Positions 1 to 13,663 of a DNA stretch of 64,000 bases are shown here, one piece after another. The stretch spans positions 14,322,001-14,386,000 of the forward strand of contig OZ059894.1 of the NCBI GenBank assembly GCA_964057225.1, in the 5' to 3' direction. The stretch comes from Auanema rhodensis (Eukaryota > Animalia > Nematoda). The notes under the pieces were generated by a model. The model did not search any database, had not been told where the DNA came from, and worked only from the letters and a program-made list of their open reading frames with translations. Within the stretch, counting starts at the first letter, position 1, and each line of letters opens with the position of its first letter. The translations under genes were made by a program, and so were the position numbers.

Positions 1-301
1 ATAATAATAATAATATAAATAGTTATATAAGGATGTATATTCTTTACTTGTTGCAGTACCGCCTCTTTAAATTTTTATATAATAGATTGTATATGTATGT
101 AATATATTTTAACTATAATTACATTATATGATTATTTTTTTCATATAAATAGAATATTTTAATTAAAAAAAGATCAAATAGAAAGTATTTTATAACATAT
201 ATAGAATATTAAATATACAACAAATCAATTTACTTTATAATATTATATTACACTTAAACTGTACAAGATATACGAAATACCTCCCCCCCCCTCTATAAAT
301 A

Positions 302-815
302 CCGGGTGGGTGAGAAGTATGTGTCGCTCTTTAAATTGAATATTTCAATAAAAAAAAGTTATTTTAACATCAAACTTTTTTATTAAAAAGACTATTATGT
401 TATAAATAAAGTTTAGAAATTATGCTTAAAATGGTGGTCTTTTTCTTTTAGTTACAGTAATTAATCCCTTTTTGAAATTATTGTGACGGTTGATCACAGG
501 TACTCTTCTTCTATTCTTTCTATTCCCATGTTTTACACAAAGCTAGCTTCAGAGGTTTCAAAGAAATAATATGTTACTTCTCTATTTTTGATTGAAGTAA
601 TTCCCAAGCATAATAGTCCATTCAGACGAGCCATACCAACATGGTGTGAAGAAATTCTTAGAATTTGGAAGAGCGATTGATTTAAAACACTTGTTGTATT
701 TAATTGTATTGAGAACATACATAACTATAATTTTATAAAAATCTGTAATTTTTTAAACTAATAACTCTTATAAAATAATTTTGTAAAAAACGACACATAC
801 TTCTCACCCACCCTG
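302..815 (-). mobile_element. Internally deleted Tc1/mariner-superfamily DNA transposon (non-autonomous)
   Basis: 25-bp terminal inverted repeats CCGGGTGGGTGAGAAGTATGTGTCG (302-326) and CGACACATACTTCTCACCCACCCTG (791-815), one mismatch, flanked by TA at 300-301 and 816-817. The minus strand carries a decayed transposase C-terminus (MDYYAWELLQSKIEK*HIISLKPLKLALCKTWE...IEEEYL*STV), resembling the segment after the WP..SPDLNP motif. Confidence 0.85.
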
Positions 816-821
816 TATATA

Positions 822-1015
822 CAGTCGTGTCCGATGAAAGTCGGATGCTCACTAGAAACCCTTATATCTTTTCATACAAACTACAACTTTTCAGAAAAAA
901 AGTTTTTTTGAGTATTAAAAACGATAATGAATTCAGAAAAAATTTTAAAAAATCAATTAATCGTTTTGTGGGGCCTTGTGAGTTGTAGGTGTCCAACTTT
1001 CATAGCACATGACTG
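822..1015. mobile_element. Tc1-like MITE (194 bp)
   Basis: Imperfect TIRs CAGTCGTGTCCGATGAAAGTCGGA (822-845) and TCCAACTTTCATAGCACATGACTG (992-1015), about 20/24 matching, with the CAGT start typical of Tc1-type TIRs; TA at 820-821 and 1016-1017; no ORF inside. Confidence 0.75.
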
Positions 1016-2289
1016 TACATAGTTAACCTCATGTTCAATTACAGTAATATTGAATATAATATTGAATAATATTTATATAATTATGTTTTTAATTTAAATT
1101 TATAAGAATATATCTGTTTTTTGATTTTTTATTTTGATAAATATTCAACATGATTCATTGATTCTCTATCCCAGAAGTATTTACTAGCAGTTGATCGATG
1201 TCTTTTCTCTTAAATTTCTAAAAAAATTTAAACAAAAATCAAATAATGAAAATGTAAACAAGTGATTGAAAAAGGAGAAATATTCATTATTCTTAGAATT
1301 TCTTAATTTTCTAGAGATTTGTCCTCTCTTTATCTTTATCCCAACTCGTTTAATTCATAATTGATCATTCTTTGATAAAGATTTATAAGATTAAGACTGA
1401 CTGATGACATAGTTATGTATAGTTATATATCTTAATTAACTAATCATTATTATTTTATTTGTTTATAAAATATAAAAAAAGAAAATAGATAAAACTTTCA
1501 TTTATAATTAATTATGTTAATCTCTTTGAGTTTCAAATTATTTGTTTGTCATTTTAAGAAAATATATAAGAAACCGCATAGTTTGAGCATAGATAATTGA
1601 TACAATATGTAAAAAAGAAAATAAAATAAAGTGAAATAATTGAAATGAGAAACACCAGTATAACATGGAATATTGATGAAAGAAAATGAAAAAAGATTCA
1701 TAATTCATCAGATGACATTGGGAATGACTGTACAAAGGAATTGAATAAATATGTTATATAAAATGTAAAATAACAATACAATCAAAAAAAAAAGAGAAAA
1801 CAGAAAAAAAAGTCTAATTTATACTTTTCTATCTAATATTTAATTATCAAATATTATTGAGAATACCTGAAGTATGAAATAAACTGCGAAAAATTAAGCA
1901 TCACTTGATGACGCTATCCTAGATTTTTTTTTCACTAACTATATATTAACCCATAATTTATGTGATATGCTAGGAAAAAGTTATAGTTATGCATATAGTA
2001 TAGGATAGATGATGCTAATTTTGGCATAATTTCATTATGGATAAGCATGACAGCATCATCATCATTGTCATGCTTCTCACTGCTCAATAGACATTTGATG
2101 TCATGCACAAGCTTCAGTGTTATTATGACTCTCCTCTCTCTCTCTCTCTCTCTCACCCTCTCTCTCTCTTTTTTTCAGATCTACAGTCTGGTCTACAACG
2201 AAGAAAAATAATTTCCAAGCCGGTTGTTAGACAGGATAGACTAACGAGGCGACGGTATGGACGAACAAGACGCAACGGATATCTGACTG

Positions 2290-4021
2290 TCAGCATTCCT
2301 CTTCAACCCGTGTAGCCTGCTCCAAGCAATTACGAGAATGAGCCGCTCGCACAATTAGTACTATTGACATCAGGATGCAGATGCAAACTAAAATTTAAAA
2401 TTTATAAATAACTCAGTACTATATGAACAAGTTTTTCTTTTATTTATTTAACTTATAACATATAATTAAAATAATTTGTTGAGAAGAAAAAAACCCACCA
2501 GCCATTACAAGTATGTATAACTTAGTGAAGACAAATATGTAGAGAAGCAGAAATACAATAGACATTAAGAGAAACGCTACAGCTGTTGATAAGTAGATTT
2601 GGCATTGCTGGCGAGCCTGAAATGCAAGTTTTCAGTTCAATTGTAAAAAATATAAATATTTTTTTTGAATTTACAACAAGTTAAACTATACTTTAAATTT
2701 GAAAAATATTTTATATTTAACTATTCTAGGTATATATCTAAACATCAATGCATGTACATGCGTTAAGCTAAAGGTCAAATTGCTCTTTCATTCACTTAAT
2801 TTTTTTTTTGACTTTTCATCTGTTTTTGCCATTAAGGATTAGCAGTTAAACTAATCTGTGAGCAGTACATTTTGCCACATCGAACAACGACTGATCATCA
2901 TCGTCAATTCAAACGAGTAATGTCAACAAGAGATTTATACAAAAAGTTAAAATAAAACGGAAAAAAAGACTAATCATTTACATTTTCTTCTAATATCCCC
3001 CATTTTTTTACGTCAATGCTCATCAGAATAAACCTTACTAATAACATAGCAAATGCAGCGAATTTTTGTTTCCTTAATCTTCAATGCATTTGAAATATTG
3101 AAAAGTTTGATTGATGGTCAAACTATTTTATATTTTTCTATTCACATGATCATCTCTCCTCATTGAAGAAAACCGGAAAAAAATAACATAAAGATTTACA
3201 GAAAAAAACGAGGCGAAGATGATGCGAATCATATGAGCACCGCATGATCATGATTTCGCAGACAAGTTTAGAGATTATTCCAAAAAAAAAGAAAGTTTTT
3301 CCATCTTTCAAACAATAAATAATCTTTCGTCTTCTAATTCAAAAATATTATATAAATATAAATAGCATTTTAAATTATATGATATGATTAAACTTACATA
3401 TCGTCCAACAGATACTGTATTATAACAAAAAGGGCATAACACAACACCATTTAATCGATGAAACTGAAACAAATATAAAAGATTAATAAATAAATAAATA
3501 TTATTAATAATGGGATTAAAAAGGAATGTAACCGGTTATTCTGTATGAAATAATTCAAAATCATTTTTACGTGAAGGTATCACGTACTCGAATATTAGCA
3601 TAACCTTCCTGGCTTTTCCTACTGTATTTTTAACACAAAAACAGATTTTTTTGAAATTTCTTTAGAATTGTGTGTGAAAAAAATTATTTTTAACTGTATT
3701 GTATACATAAAAACATTAGAATTTGCTTTGTAGTTGTTTAGTCGACTAACCAGAAACTGCTCTTGACAGTGAGGGCACATATATCTTGGAGCACATACAT
3801 CCCTTGGATATTTCACTTTTGATAGATTAGGTCCTTAAATGAATAATATATTAAAGTTTTAAAAGAATTTAAATTAAAAAGGAAGTAATGTAAATAGAGA
3901 AAGTCTTACCAGCTGGATATGGTGGCAATGGCTCCAATGGAAATGCCTGGCCAGGCGGACAATGCAAATGTGCTTTCTCTGAGTACGGAGGTGGTGGCGA
4001 CGATGATGCTTTTATCATCAT
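2290..4021 (-). CDS. Short TMEM55/PIP4P-like membrane protein (PPxY motifs, two CxxC pairs, two TM helices), about 158 aa
   Basis: Five exons with canonical, phase-compatible junctions: 4021-3910, 3833-3751, 3463-3398, 2616-2499, 2387-2290. Protein: [16 protein letters not shown]...LPPYPAG...[105 protein letters not shown]. This matches the C-terminal CxxC..F...CPxC...SxG plus 2-TM layout of TMEM55. A TTTCAG acceptor lies about 11 nt upstream of the ATG. Confidence 0.8.
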
Positions 4022-6168
4022 GATTTTATCGTCTGAAATATGATAAATATAGAAATTATATATAAATAAATAATAATATAAATAAATATAATAATTAAGA
4101 TAACTATTTAAATAGTTAACGAGAGAAAAAAACATATAACTAGCTACATGAAGAAAGAGGACATCAATGACGTGCAGAGAAATGGATAAAGGAGGGTCAA
4201 ATACATTTATATGTATGAAAAAACAAAGCATTTAACAGATCAAACAACTTCTAAAGAACGCTGTACTTCTTGAAATAGATTTTATTGAAGAAAAACAATC
4301 AATAAAAATAGTTTTTTCTTGCATTCTCAGAATAAAATTCAGAAGAAAATGCGTCTCTGACTATCTATAAATGATCGAAAAAAATGGATGAGCAATTCGT
4401 GTATGTTTATAATATTATGCTTTTCAGAATTGTTTATGCATAGATGTCACATATGTCAAAAAAAAAACAAAAATATTGGAAATTTTTAAAAAAGAACAGT
4501 TTTCTTTTGTTTTTTTCCGTTTTCTTATGAAAAAAGGCTAGTGCAGTAACATCTTTATGAGCATATTTGACATGTTAACTAGTTTTCTTATAGATTTATG
4601 AAGCTTTTTGCAATAGAACTGATCATTATAAAAGGAAATACCGGTGCAAATCGAGAAACATATTCTTGAAAGAGCGGAGATATAGTGATCTGGTAAACCA
4701 TGAAAATAGAGAAATAGCCAAGACAAGGAGAAGAAGAAGAGACTTTCCTTCACGAATGCCACGAGAATTTAACTAAACAGCATGGTTTTTGGGGATTAAA
4801 TAAGCTTATCAAATAGAGGTAAAATTGTTGATTTAATGAATACAATAATACAAATACAAATGAATTAAATCAGTGAAAGGTCATTGCTCTCTGATAGTTC
4901 ATATGGCATGATGCCAATGAGGGGAAAAATCAGTAAGATTAGATGAAGTAAGCAAGAACAAAATCAAAAAAATCAACACAATAATTGAAGTTAATTCTTT
5001 GTTTACATTAATGAAAACGATTCTAATATAATAAATAGTATATAACTAATCAATTTATATTATATGAAAAGATAATATCTTAATATTGATTTGAAAAAAA
5101 AATTGAAGAAAAAAAACCATTTCTGAAATAGTCATTCAATTTTCAAATGATTTCAGAATTAAAAAAATTTTTTTTTCAATTTTTTAAAAACAAACTAACA
5201 TGTTATGATGATGATAATAATTATATAAGTTTGTTTATATATATATAGATTAAGCTTTAATTTCATTATAATGCTCTTAAAGTTGAAAAACATGCTCATA
5301 TGTTAGCAAGCAAAAAACTGAGGTCAATAGCACGATGATGAGGATGACATTAGGATAGAAATCAGTACAATAGTCAGAAGCAAAACTTTCACATATTAGC
5401 CAGATGTGTGATACAAGTGGGAAAAACTATAAAATAATAGAAAATAGTTTCTGAATGTCATTGTGTGGAAAAATCATAAAGTTTCAGGGTTGATGAACTG
5501 AAAAATCAATTCAAAAAAAAATGGAAAGAAGCAAAGAGAAAAACAAAATATAAAAAAATAATCTTCAAAAGAAGAAGAATAAGAAGAAGAAAAAGGAATA
5601 TTGTCTGGAAAAATGAAAGAAACAGATGAGATGATGTGTCAAAGAGCAGAATAACTTTACTATTATGCCATATTGAACTTTTAAACAAAAAAAAATAGTA
5701 GACAATAACAAAATAATAGAATGATCAGTAAAATTAGATGATAATTGTAGTTACATACGTACTATAACTACGAAGTATAGAAGTAAAATGGTAATAGAAT
5801 AGACAAAAGACGAAAAGACGTTAACTATGAGTGAATATAACATCTATATACTTGCCTAGTTTACCCAAATATTAACAGAAAATGACTTGGAAATGAGCAA
5901 AAAGTCATGAACATGATGAATCATTGTCATGTCTACTGTTATGCATGACGTCATTTGAAAATTTGAAGATGCGTTGACGAGACGAAAATGAAAACTGGTG
6001 TTCAAGCTTTTCGTTAACGAAGAAATATTGGTGAGAATTTGATGAACGAGATGAACAGGAACACGTGTAATGAGAGATATGAGTTCAAGATTTGATGTCA
6101 ACTTGAAAAGTTCAAAATGAGACTCGCAACTCATAAGAAATCTAAATATATAGTTAGATATAAGTAAA

Positions 6169-6200
<32 letters not shown>

Positions 6201-6841
6201 TAAATTTATAACATAAAGCTGTTGAAAATTTTATTTTACCGGCTAAAAGCCTTTGAGAAAAAAATCAGAATTTGAGACAAAAAACGACAAGTCATCAAAG
6301 GAAAATACAAGAAATATTTATTGAAGAAATGTTATTTTTGTCACTTTGTTCTTATTTTTTTTATTTTTTCTCCTTTTTTTTAGAAAAATTCAACAAACAT
6401 GATCTAGAAGAGTAGTAGACAATCGGAAAAAATCTAAGATTAAATCATCAAAAGTATATATTATGGAATATAAAAATATGAAAGAAAACTAAAATTAACT
6501 AGAATTTAGAAACTATATTCCTATTTTGGAGAGGAATCCCAGTGAATGAGAAACAAAAAGCATATAACATATAGCAGCACAATGTGTCTGATTGAGGTAA
6601 TTTGAAGCCTGAACATGCTCATATTTCATGGGAAGTCAGTATTTTTTCCGAAACAAAAGAAATATTGTCTATTTTCTGTGTTGTTGAGGTTAGATATAAA
6701 GAGATAATAAAAAGCATTATGAACTGAAATATAATTTTGGAAGAGAAGCTACATGAAGAATAAGATATCTCGGTAGGAATGAATGAGATAAAGAGTGGAT
6801 GAAAATAAGAAAATAAAAAGTATACACAGTTATCAAGAGAT

Positions 6842-6882
<41 letters not shown>

Positions 6883-9500
6883 AAAGGATGGAGTAACGAG
6901 GGAGATAGGACAGCTTTCGGTATTTCCGTTAAACATGCCGATGATTTCAGATGTTTTGTATGTACATATGCTGTCTTTGATGTGCATTTGAGTAGCTTAA
7001 AGCATTTTTTTCAGTGTCTGATAAGAAACTGAACGAAAAGATAAAAAAACAAACTGTTAGTACAGTGCTTGATGTTTGTGAAATGTTGTCAAATAAGGGA
7101 AAAAAATGAAAAAGAAGAAGAAAAATTAGTATCATCAGATGATCAAACATAAATATAAATAACTAATAGTATAAAATTGAATTTTTGAAGTAAATATCAT
7201 CAATTATTCAGATTATTTAGAATGAAATATGTTTAATAGATAGAACAGTTCATGAACATGAAATAGAAAGTTCAAGACTATAATCGGTTGTATTGTTACG
7301 AAGAAAATGACTAAAATAAGATACAAGTGGGAAAAAGAATTAAGATGGTATAGAGAATGAAAAAACAAGAGATAGAACATGAGAGGACATAGAGAGAAAT
7401 GAGAGGGAAAGGAGGAGAATTTGAAAAAACTAGATTGTATATGTGTAAACGTAAGATAGAGAATCATAAAAATAATGAAAAGACAGTATTCTTGGAAACG
7501 TTCACAGTTCTTGTAACAATTGACTCAAGAGAGACGGCTGTTTTCCATCATGTAAAAAGTAAAAAAAAATTGAAATTACGGTCAATAACTGAAATTTACA
7601 AGAAAATTTACAGTTAAAATAATATTTTGTAGACTTTCAAACACTTGTTTTCTTGTTTAGAATATTGTTTATTCTTTGAAATTAAAAACAATTAATATTC
7701 AGAAGCTCATATCAATAATTCAAAAATGAGAGAATGAGGATACACACACACACACATTGACCTGAAGCGCGCAAAACTGACCGGAACCGGAACGGAGCTG
7801 ATCGTTTGATAGGAAGGTGGCGGTGGCGATGGTGTTGGTGGTGTGTATGTGTGTGTGTGTGTGTGTATGTGTGTGGCTCTGAGCACATGACAGCCGAAGC
7901 GGCTTGTGCTCAGCCATCCGTCCCACATTGAGGGTTGATTTCCGTCTATTCTCATCCTAGGACTCTCTTCTTCTGGAACCTTTTTTTCCGGACGAGGAAA
8001 AGGAACAGAGCAATAGGCAGTTTTCTGTCTAATTCATTTTCTTTTTGTCCTTTGGACTGAGAAGCAAAGAGAAACTAGATAGTAAAGTCTAATTCAGTGC
8101 GAAGAAGATGGGCTGTGAAAATACCAATAAATCAGATGAGATGGATATGAAGGAGAAGGAAATCATATCTATGTATGTAAGCACATAAAAACAAGTAGAT
8201 CTCATCATATTAATACTAAGATTAAGATAATGTCCGATGCTTAAAATTAATAATATTGCTTACTATATATGTATAGTAAAAATAATATATATATTCTAAG
8301 TTCATAACAATAATGCTAATAATAGAATGAAACCTTATAATTAATTTATTTAAAAAAAAGAGGATATTTTCAAATGCTAAGCCGCTTGTCACGTCATGTC
8401 AAATTCAAATGGCTTTTGTGTCGGAGCAGCCCACGATCTTGGATGAGCAGGCAGTCCCACGTACGTGAATCAGATACCCCCACGTGGAAAAACAACGTAA
8501 AAAGAGGAAAAAAACGGAAATTTTTGTTTCGAGAAACAAGCTTGGATTTCTAGTAAGTGCGTAGTAGTAAGAGAAAATTGAAAAAAAATAAAAGAAATAA
8601 CCATTGCTTTTCAGAGGGAATATATCAGAGTAGTAGCTACCATAGGCAAGTTAAATAAGAGTGAAAAGCTGTCATGTAGTTGAAAAACATTAGCTGTCAG
8701 AAAAGGCTTTTTGAGCAAGAATTGGTGAAGTTTTTTTTAGCCAAATCAATAAATTGATGAAAGTAATACGACTGTTAACTAGATAAGCCGTTCTACTAAA
8801 AGCTCTATACGATTATTGTCATTCAAAATGGGCTTCAAAGACGGAGAGATGTGCATGGATATACACAGGAAGAGTAGGTGAAAGATAAACGATGGATAAA
8901 GAGACAAGAGATGGAAAAAAAGATGATTAAGAGAGAAAAAGATTAAGAGTTGGAAAGGGAAGCTGTTATAGAGAAGAGATGCAGATAAATGAAGTTGGAA
9001 AAAGATATATGGCCATATTCAACTTTTTAATTTTAAAAGGATTCAAAAGCTTTCACTATATATATTATAAATTTAATCATAAATAATTATAAAAAAGAGT
9101 CTTAAAGATAGATAAAAAATATTTTAGTAGATTAGTTATTAGTATAAAAATAATAATAATAATAATATTTTTAAATTAATTATTAATATTTTATTTACAA
9201 AGTTAAAGAAAATTACTATATATAACTACTAATGAACTTTAATAATTTAAAAAAAAAAGAAAGAAAATAATAGGAGTTTGATTAATTGAATTTCTATAGA
9301 AGCAAGATACAAATTATTATTTAATTAAATTAATTTAGAATTACTTGTATATTTGTCTTTATTTTTATATAATATATAGTTTATATAATATATATTTATA
9401 ATATAATAAAGTTTTTTCAACGAAAAAAAAAGAAGATTTAAAACTAAATCTTCATTTAAATTTTTTATTTTATTTTGTTGTTGCAAAAACAAAAAAAAGA

Positions 9501-9566
9501 AAGTACATATAGTTAGATATATATATAATATATATAATATATATATATATCTAACTATATGTACTT
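9501..9566. repeat. AT-rich inverted repeat (hairpin/cruciform-capable)
   Basis: AAGTACATATAGTTAGATATATATAT ... ATATATATATCTAACTATATGTACTT: about 26-bp arms around a TA-rich spacer. Confidence 0.8.
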
Positions 9567-11582
9567 ACTTTATTATATCTTTTTTTCCAGATAACTTCGT
9601 TATGTAAAGAAATAAATTGAAGAAAAGAAAGACAAGAAAGAGGGCAGTACATTGTAACTTTGACATCAAATGTCAAATTTGTAAAATTTAAAATACTCAA
9701 AGTGTTAGAATAATTCGTATTGTACTTTTATAGCAAACAATAAATAGTTCTTTGATGTAAAAAGATGTTTAAAGTTTAATGTAATGAAAATTTAAAATTC
9801 TTTAGATATTTCTAATTATTTATAAAAAAAAATAAAAAAAAAAGAATTAACTACATACCGAACTGTTTAGAGGGAATGTCAATCATATTTTGTTTGGCTC
9901 GGATTACCTTGTTCAATTCTGGAAAAATGATGAATGAGATTATAAAGATATTAAAAAATAAATTAAAAATGAATACACATAGTAAAATTGAAAGAAAATA
10001 AAAAAGAATAAAGAGAAAGTGAGAAGTTCAGTTGTTAGATTTGGGACATGAGGTACAAAAGAATAGAAGAACTATCATTGACAGTTGAACGATGGATTAA
10101 AAAAACGTTTTTCTTCATAAAAATGCAATTTAATAAAGTTGAAAAGAAGAATTTCAAAGGGAAAATTGAATGAATCATATGAGATAAACATCAAGTTGTT
10201 CTTGTAAATACGGAAGTTTTATAACAAAAAGTTAAAAACAAAAATAAATAAATTTATTTATTTAGGAAAACCTAAAATAATAAATAAATAGATTTCTTTT
10301 AAAAGAATTTACATACATATATATCTATATCGATATCTATATCTATCTATATTGATTATTTCAAACAAATTGATCTTCCTCAAAAAAATTTTTTTTGAAA
10401 GAAAAAAAGAAAAGAACTTTGGAAATGAAAACAATAGATGGGTTTTGAAACAATTTGTCATTTGATTATAAAATATGTTTAGATGACCATTTTGACAGAA
10501 GTGATGTTAATTAGGAAAAGCCAGAGAAAAGACAAAAGAGGAGCGTCAAGGTCAGCTTGAAATCAGAAATGGTTTCTCATTCTCTTCATCATCATCATCG
10601 TCAGAATCAGTGGAATTTTCGCGGACAACATGTTTCAATGTGTAATATAAGCATTTAAATAGAAAAATATCTTAATTAGACGTATGAGTCACATAATAAT
10701 AATAATATAATTATATAATTATAATTATAAATATAATATTAAATGAATATTGACATTATAGTTAGAAAATAAAGAATAAAGATAAATGTTCGATCTTAAT
10801 ATTATAGACAAGGATTGTATTTTAGACCCATATTACATATAGAATATGTTAGGAAAATGATAGAACTTTGAAGGTGGTAGATCTGACGGTTATCTAGACG
10901 ATAAAGATGAAGAAAACGGAAGAATTAAAGGTATTTTCAAAGAGGTAACAGACACACCCTATAGAGAGAAAGGATACGAGAAAGGACTAGAAAGAGAAAG
11001 AGAGATAGAGAGAGAGAGAGATCTCTTCCTTCCTTTTTTTGCTGTACCGCTTTCCTCTTTTTCGAGGTCAATCGTTTAGAATGACCTTATCAGTCAAATA
11101 GACGGTATGGTCAACTGCTCGTCCAGAGATCTAGTGCCTTAGGCGATGAGTAATCAGTAATCAACAACGTATCATATGATTTGTGTATATAGCTTTACTA
11201 CATTAATATAAAATAAATGAAATTCCAAGTTTTTAAAGATTATTGTTATTGAGATAACATTCCGTTTACTTTTGTGTTTCCGAAGTTAGAGGTCATCCGA
11301 TTCGCTCTGCGGTGATCATGGACTGGACGTCGTCATGAAGATAGGGGCCAACGTAATGTCCATCAGATCGCTTTTTTTGATGGCAATACGATATTATACT
11401 TTGAAAACTTACAAGAAATGGTTCCTCTTTTCTTTTTATAAAATAGTGTGAACAATAGAAACATTTTTCATATAAGAAATTTAGTTAAGAAAAGGAATCT
11501 TAGCACAAACAAGACATCTAGAAGCCATTTTATTATGATAAAAGAGAATGGAAGATGAGGTTATGGATTGGGAGGGTGGATG

Positions 11583-11614
<32 letters not shown>
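11583..11614 (+). repeat. (AGAT)8 microsatellite
   Basis: Read directly from the sequence. Confidence 0.9.
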
Positions 11615-13630
11615 GGATGTTTGGAAGGAAGAAGAAAGACGAGTTGAGTAGTAGATAGAAGGAGTATATAGTGAGATGAAGTTATAAATAGAATATAATT
11701 TTCCATAAACTAAAATACAATTAAGTCAAAGAACAAGTACACAAAGTATAGTATCTCATGATTTTAATTCTTTAATACTAATGCGTAATTAAGTTTCAAA
11801 ATTTTTATATTTAGAAAATGAAGAAGAGAATGCCGAAAATGAAATCCTCTGAATAAACATAGCAAAGACAAAAAAAAAGTCATAAAATTTTTCTTTGATA
11901 CGCTAGACAAACAATTGATTATAAATAAAATCATGAACTAATTAATAAATTAAAAAATTTCATAAGTGAAACGAGTTATTTTTGTAAATTCTTTGCATTC
12001 TTATCAAAAACATCCAAGACATGCCTCGGGAGGTTAGAAGTACTTCTGTCGTCGTCTTCATCTTGTTAGGTCAGAGTACAAGAGCAAGTTGTAAATATGG
12101 ACCATTATAATAAAAACTACAGCATTTTAATATATTTTTTGTTGAATAAAATATAAATGAAATAGCCAAGCAGCCAAATATAAAAGACAAATCATATTAC
12201 TTGAAAGACATTATAGAAACTGAACAGGTTTGATACCCCAAAATGTCAAAAAATGGTCAGAACCAGTGAACATTTTGACTGTTAGATTTGGAATAAAAGT
12301 TAAAAAAAAAAGATTCTTTAATTTAATATTCTTCAATCAAAAGATAATGTGTGAAAATTTGTAATTGAATGATTCGGGAAAAATGTCAAAGAATTTGAAA
12401 TTTATCTGTTGAAATATTAAATAGACAAGAAGATTATTATAAAAGTTATACTGAGAATGCTTAATAGTTAATACATATTTTTTATAAAAAAAATTAAAAA
12501 AAAATGAATATATTTTTAATTATAATATTAAAATATTATTGATTTATATAAAATATAATATAATTATAATAAATATTATGATAATATGATATATAGTATA
12601 TTACATTTGTAATAATAATAATCTATATCTATATCTATATATATATGTATTTCTACTTTTAAAATTGTTTTCAATAATTTTTCCTATGAAATAGTTTTTA
12701 AAAGGTTTCGAAAAATAAAAAAAAAACAATGTGTCACAAACATGTTCATGCTAGAAGTTTATGTTATTGTGATGCGATGATGATAATAAGATTAATTAAT
12801 GATTTAAAGAAGGTTTATAGCTATTTCTTTATATAAATTAAAAGTAAAAATAAATAAATATACATATACATATGTATATCTTAATCAAGACTAAATGTTC
12901 TAAAAATTGATGAATGAAAACAAGAGAAATCGACTGCCGACAAGTCTTCAAAATCCAGTTTTCTTTACTCTTGACAATAGAGGAGAAGAGGACGTTCCAG
13001 TATTAATTTGGCAAAACATTTTGTATTCTGAGGTTTGAAATGTTTACAAAAATTCAAATTTGATAACTATGTTTTAAGATTAATTAATGTACAAATCAAT
13101 TTTTCATTTATGAAAAAGGAAGGAAAGACAGAGTATGAGCAGTAATGTATGAGTAATAAAGAATGAGTAAAATAAAATGTAAAGAAATATATAAATTTAA
13201 AAAAAAAAACTTTAAGAACTTTAATAATATTATTTAGTTAAAAAATTATTTTTTTTTTTGCAAAATTTGAGTTTAATAAGACGTCAACAATCCAAGGAGA
13301 GATTTTGTATGAAGACAAATGAATGAGAATGAGAGACTGGACTGTAACTAGATCAGTTGAGAAAATAACATTAATGCTATTTCTTATTTTAAAAAAAAAT
13401 ATAAAAAGTGTGTTAAAGAAATATTATGTTGAACAACAAGTGATTATATATCTTTATTATTTAATAGCAAATCATACAGTTGAGAATACTAGTAGTAATA
13501 GTAATAGCTACATCATCATATAGTAGTATACTGTGATTCATTTATGCCATTATAGGTTGAATGAAGGAATTAAGAAGAAGAAAAGAAGGAAAGAAAAATC
13601 CGAATATGATAGACAAGTCTTTATCTCTTT

Positions 13631-13663
<33 letters not shown>

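Noticed and set aside
3035-3080. Candidate extra TMEM55-like exon ([13 protein letters not shown])
   Set aside because: Weak acceptor; its phase-1 end is incompatible with the phase-0 TM1 exon, so using it would require skipping that exon. The model is complete without it.
11065-11087. AGGTCA-N11-TGACCT inverted nuclear-receptor half-sites and scattered AGGTCA words
   Set aside because: Non-standard spacing, and the number of half-sites in the window looks close to rough chance expectation.
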